From an uncultured delta proteobacterium (lineage in GTDB: Bacteria > Myxococcota > Kuafuiibacteriia > Kuafuiibacteriales > Kuafuiibacteriaceae): 64,000 bases of DNA. The notes beneath the pieces are model-generated. The model was not told the origin of the DNA, did not search any database, and saw only the letters and a program-made list of their open reading frames with translations. Positions 63,107-64,000 of this stretch are shown here, one piece after another. The position numbers and the translations under genes were made by a program. The stretch lies in the NCBI GenBank assembly GCA_963803435.1, contig CAWDML010000014.1, positions 128,001 to 192,000 of the forward strand, written 5' to 3'. Every line of letters begins with the position of its first letter. The stretch's first letter is position 1.

Positions 63107-64000
63107 CCGGGCAGCGCCGCCTCGCGCATGCGGCCGATGGAACGCACGACGGTCGGGGTCGTCGCGCGCTTCTCGAGCGCGCCCGCCGCCGCCCGATCGA
63201 TGAAGGCCCCCGCCTCCTCGCCCGGCATCGGGCGCGCGAACAGGTAACCCTGGACGAAGCGACACCCGCGCTCCCGGAGGAACGCCAGCTGCCCCTCGGT
63301 CTCCACACCCTCCGCGACCACCCGGATCCCGAGGCTCTGCGCCAAGCTGATGATGGCGGTGACGACGGTCGCGCTCGCACGGACGTCGGGGACGCCCGCG
63401 ATGAAGCTTCGGTCGATCTTGATGCAGTCGAAGGGAAAGCGGACCAGATAGCTGAGCGAAGAGAAGCCGGTGCCGAAGTCGTCGAGCGACAGCGACACGC
63501 CGAGCTCCTTCAGTCGTTTGAAGTGCCGGTGGAACTCGGGCCGATCCTGGAGCAGCACCCGCTCCGTCACCTCGAGCTCGATCAGGTGCGGCGGAAGGCC
63601 GTGCTCGGCGAGCGTGTCCACCAGATGGTCCACGTAGGACTCGTTCGCGAGCTCGATCGGGGACACGTTGACGGCCATCCGCAGCTGGTCGTGCCCGGCG
63701 TCGAGCCAGGCCCGCGACTGGCGGCAGACGGCGTCCATCGTGCTCCTGCCGATCGACGTGATGAAGCCGGTCTCCTCGGCGATCGGGATGAACTTGTCGG
63801 GACCGATCGATCCACGTTCGGGATGGATCCACCGTAACAGCGCCTCCGACCCGATCACGCGGTGATCCACGATGTCCACCTGGGGCTGGAAGTACGGGAT
63901 GAGCTCGTTGCTCCCGTGGGCGGCGCGCAGCTCGGTCTCGAGCCAGAGCCGCTCGATGGACTGGTCGTTCATCCGCGCCGAATAGAACTGGTGCGTGCCC
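63085..64000 (-). CDS. EAL-domain c-di-GMP phosphodiesterase, C-terminal part (runs off right edge)
   Basis: YFQPQ, EALLRW, AVNVS, LEVTE, DDFGTGFSSL, IKIDRSF, AEGVE. Confidence 0.93.
   Translation of the reverse strand, partial: GTHQFYSARMNDQSIERLWLETELRAAHGSNELIPYFQPQVDIVDHRVIGSEALLRWIHPERGSIGPDKFIPIAEETGFITSIGRSTMDAVCRQSRAWLDAGHDQLRMAVNVSPIELANESYVDHLVDTLAEHGLPPHLIELEVTERVLLQDRPEFHRHFKRLKELGVSLSLDDFGTGFSSLSYLVRFPFDCIKIDRSFIAGVPDVRASATVVTAIISLAQSLGIRVVAEGVETEGQLAFLRERGCRFVQGYLFARPMPGEEAGAFIDRAAAGALEKRATTPTVVRSIGRMREAALPGHSPTSA

Overview
A 64 kb high-GC bacterial chromosomal window. The gene content (PEGA Ser/Thr kinases, TIGR02996, ECF/zf-HC2/caspase module, many orphan lipoproteins, sigma-54 activator) points to Myxococcota; this is inference. 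Housekeeping and metabolic genes: gltB (partial), reductive pyrimidine catabolism (plant PYD1-like PreA and beta-ureidopropionase), ALDH, Sua5, acyl-CoA synthetase, icd, glgC, pcm, an Opp-type ABC transporter, amrB and a partial EAL protein. Accessory content includes a lipoprotein serpin, a triple-spondin lipoprotein, a DUF1501/heme-motif operon and several kinases. The sequence carries many single-base indels, so several long ORF-track entries are artefactual fusions; at least eight indels are the same GATC to GATTC/GAATC insertion. Best leads: (1) an ECF sigma / zinc anti-sigma / exported metacaspase / lipoprotein cassette at 15.8-21.9 kb, where anti-sigma and protease share an LAS[K/R]G candidate cleavage site and a GGGGCC-N16-CGnTCwT promoter-like motif precedes both the sigma gene and a downstream lipoprotein; (2) a 1.9 kb IS1182-derived element with ~70 bp inverted ends containing GGGACC hexamer arrays, CTAG ends and an Avd/IVP-like four-helix-bundle passenger gene; (3) a small sigma-54 regulon linking a sensorless kinase/activator pair to an exported deiminase. 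I found no rRNA, tRNA or CRISPR array.
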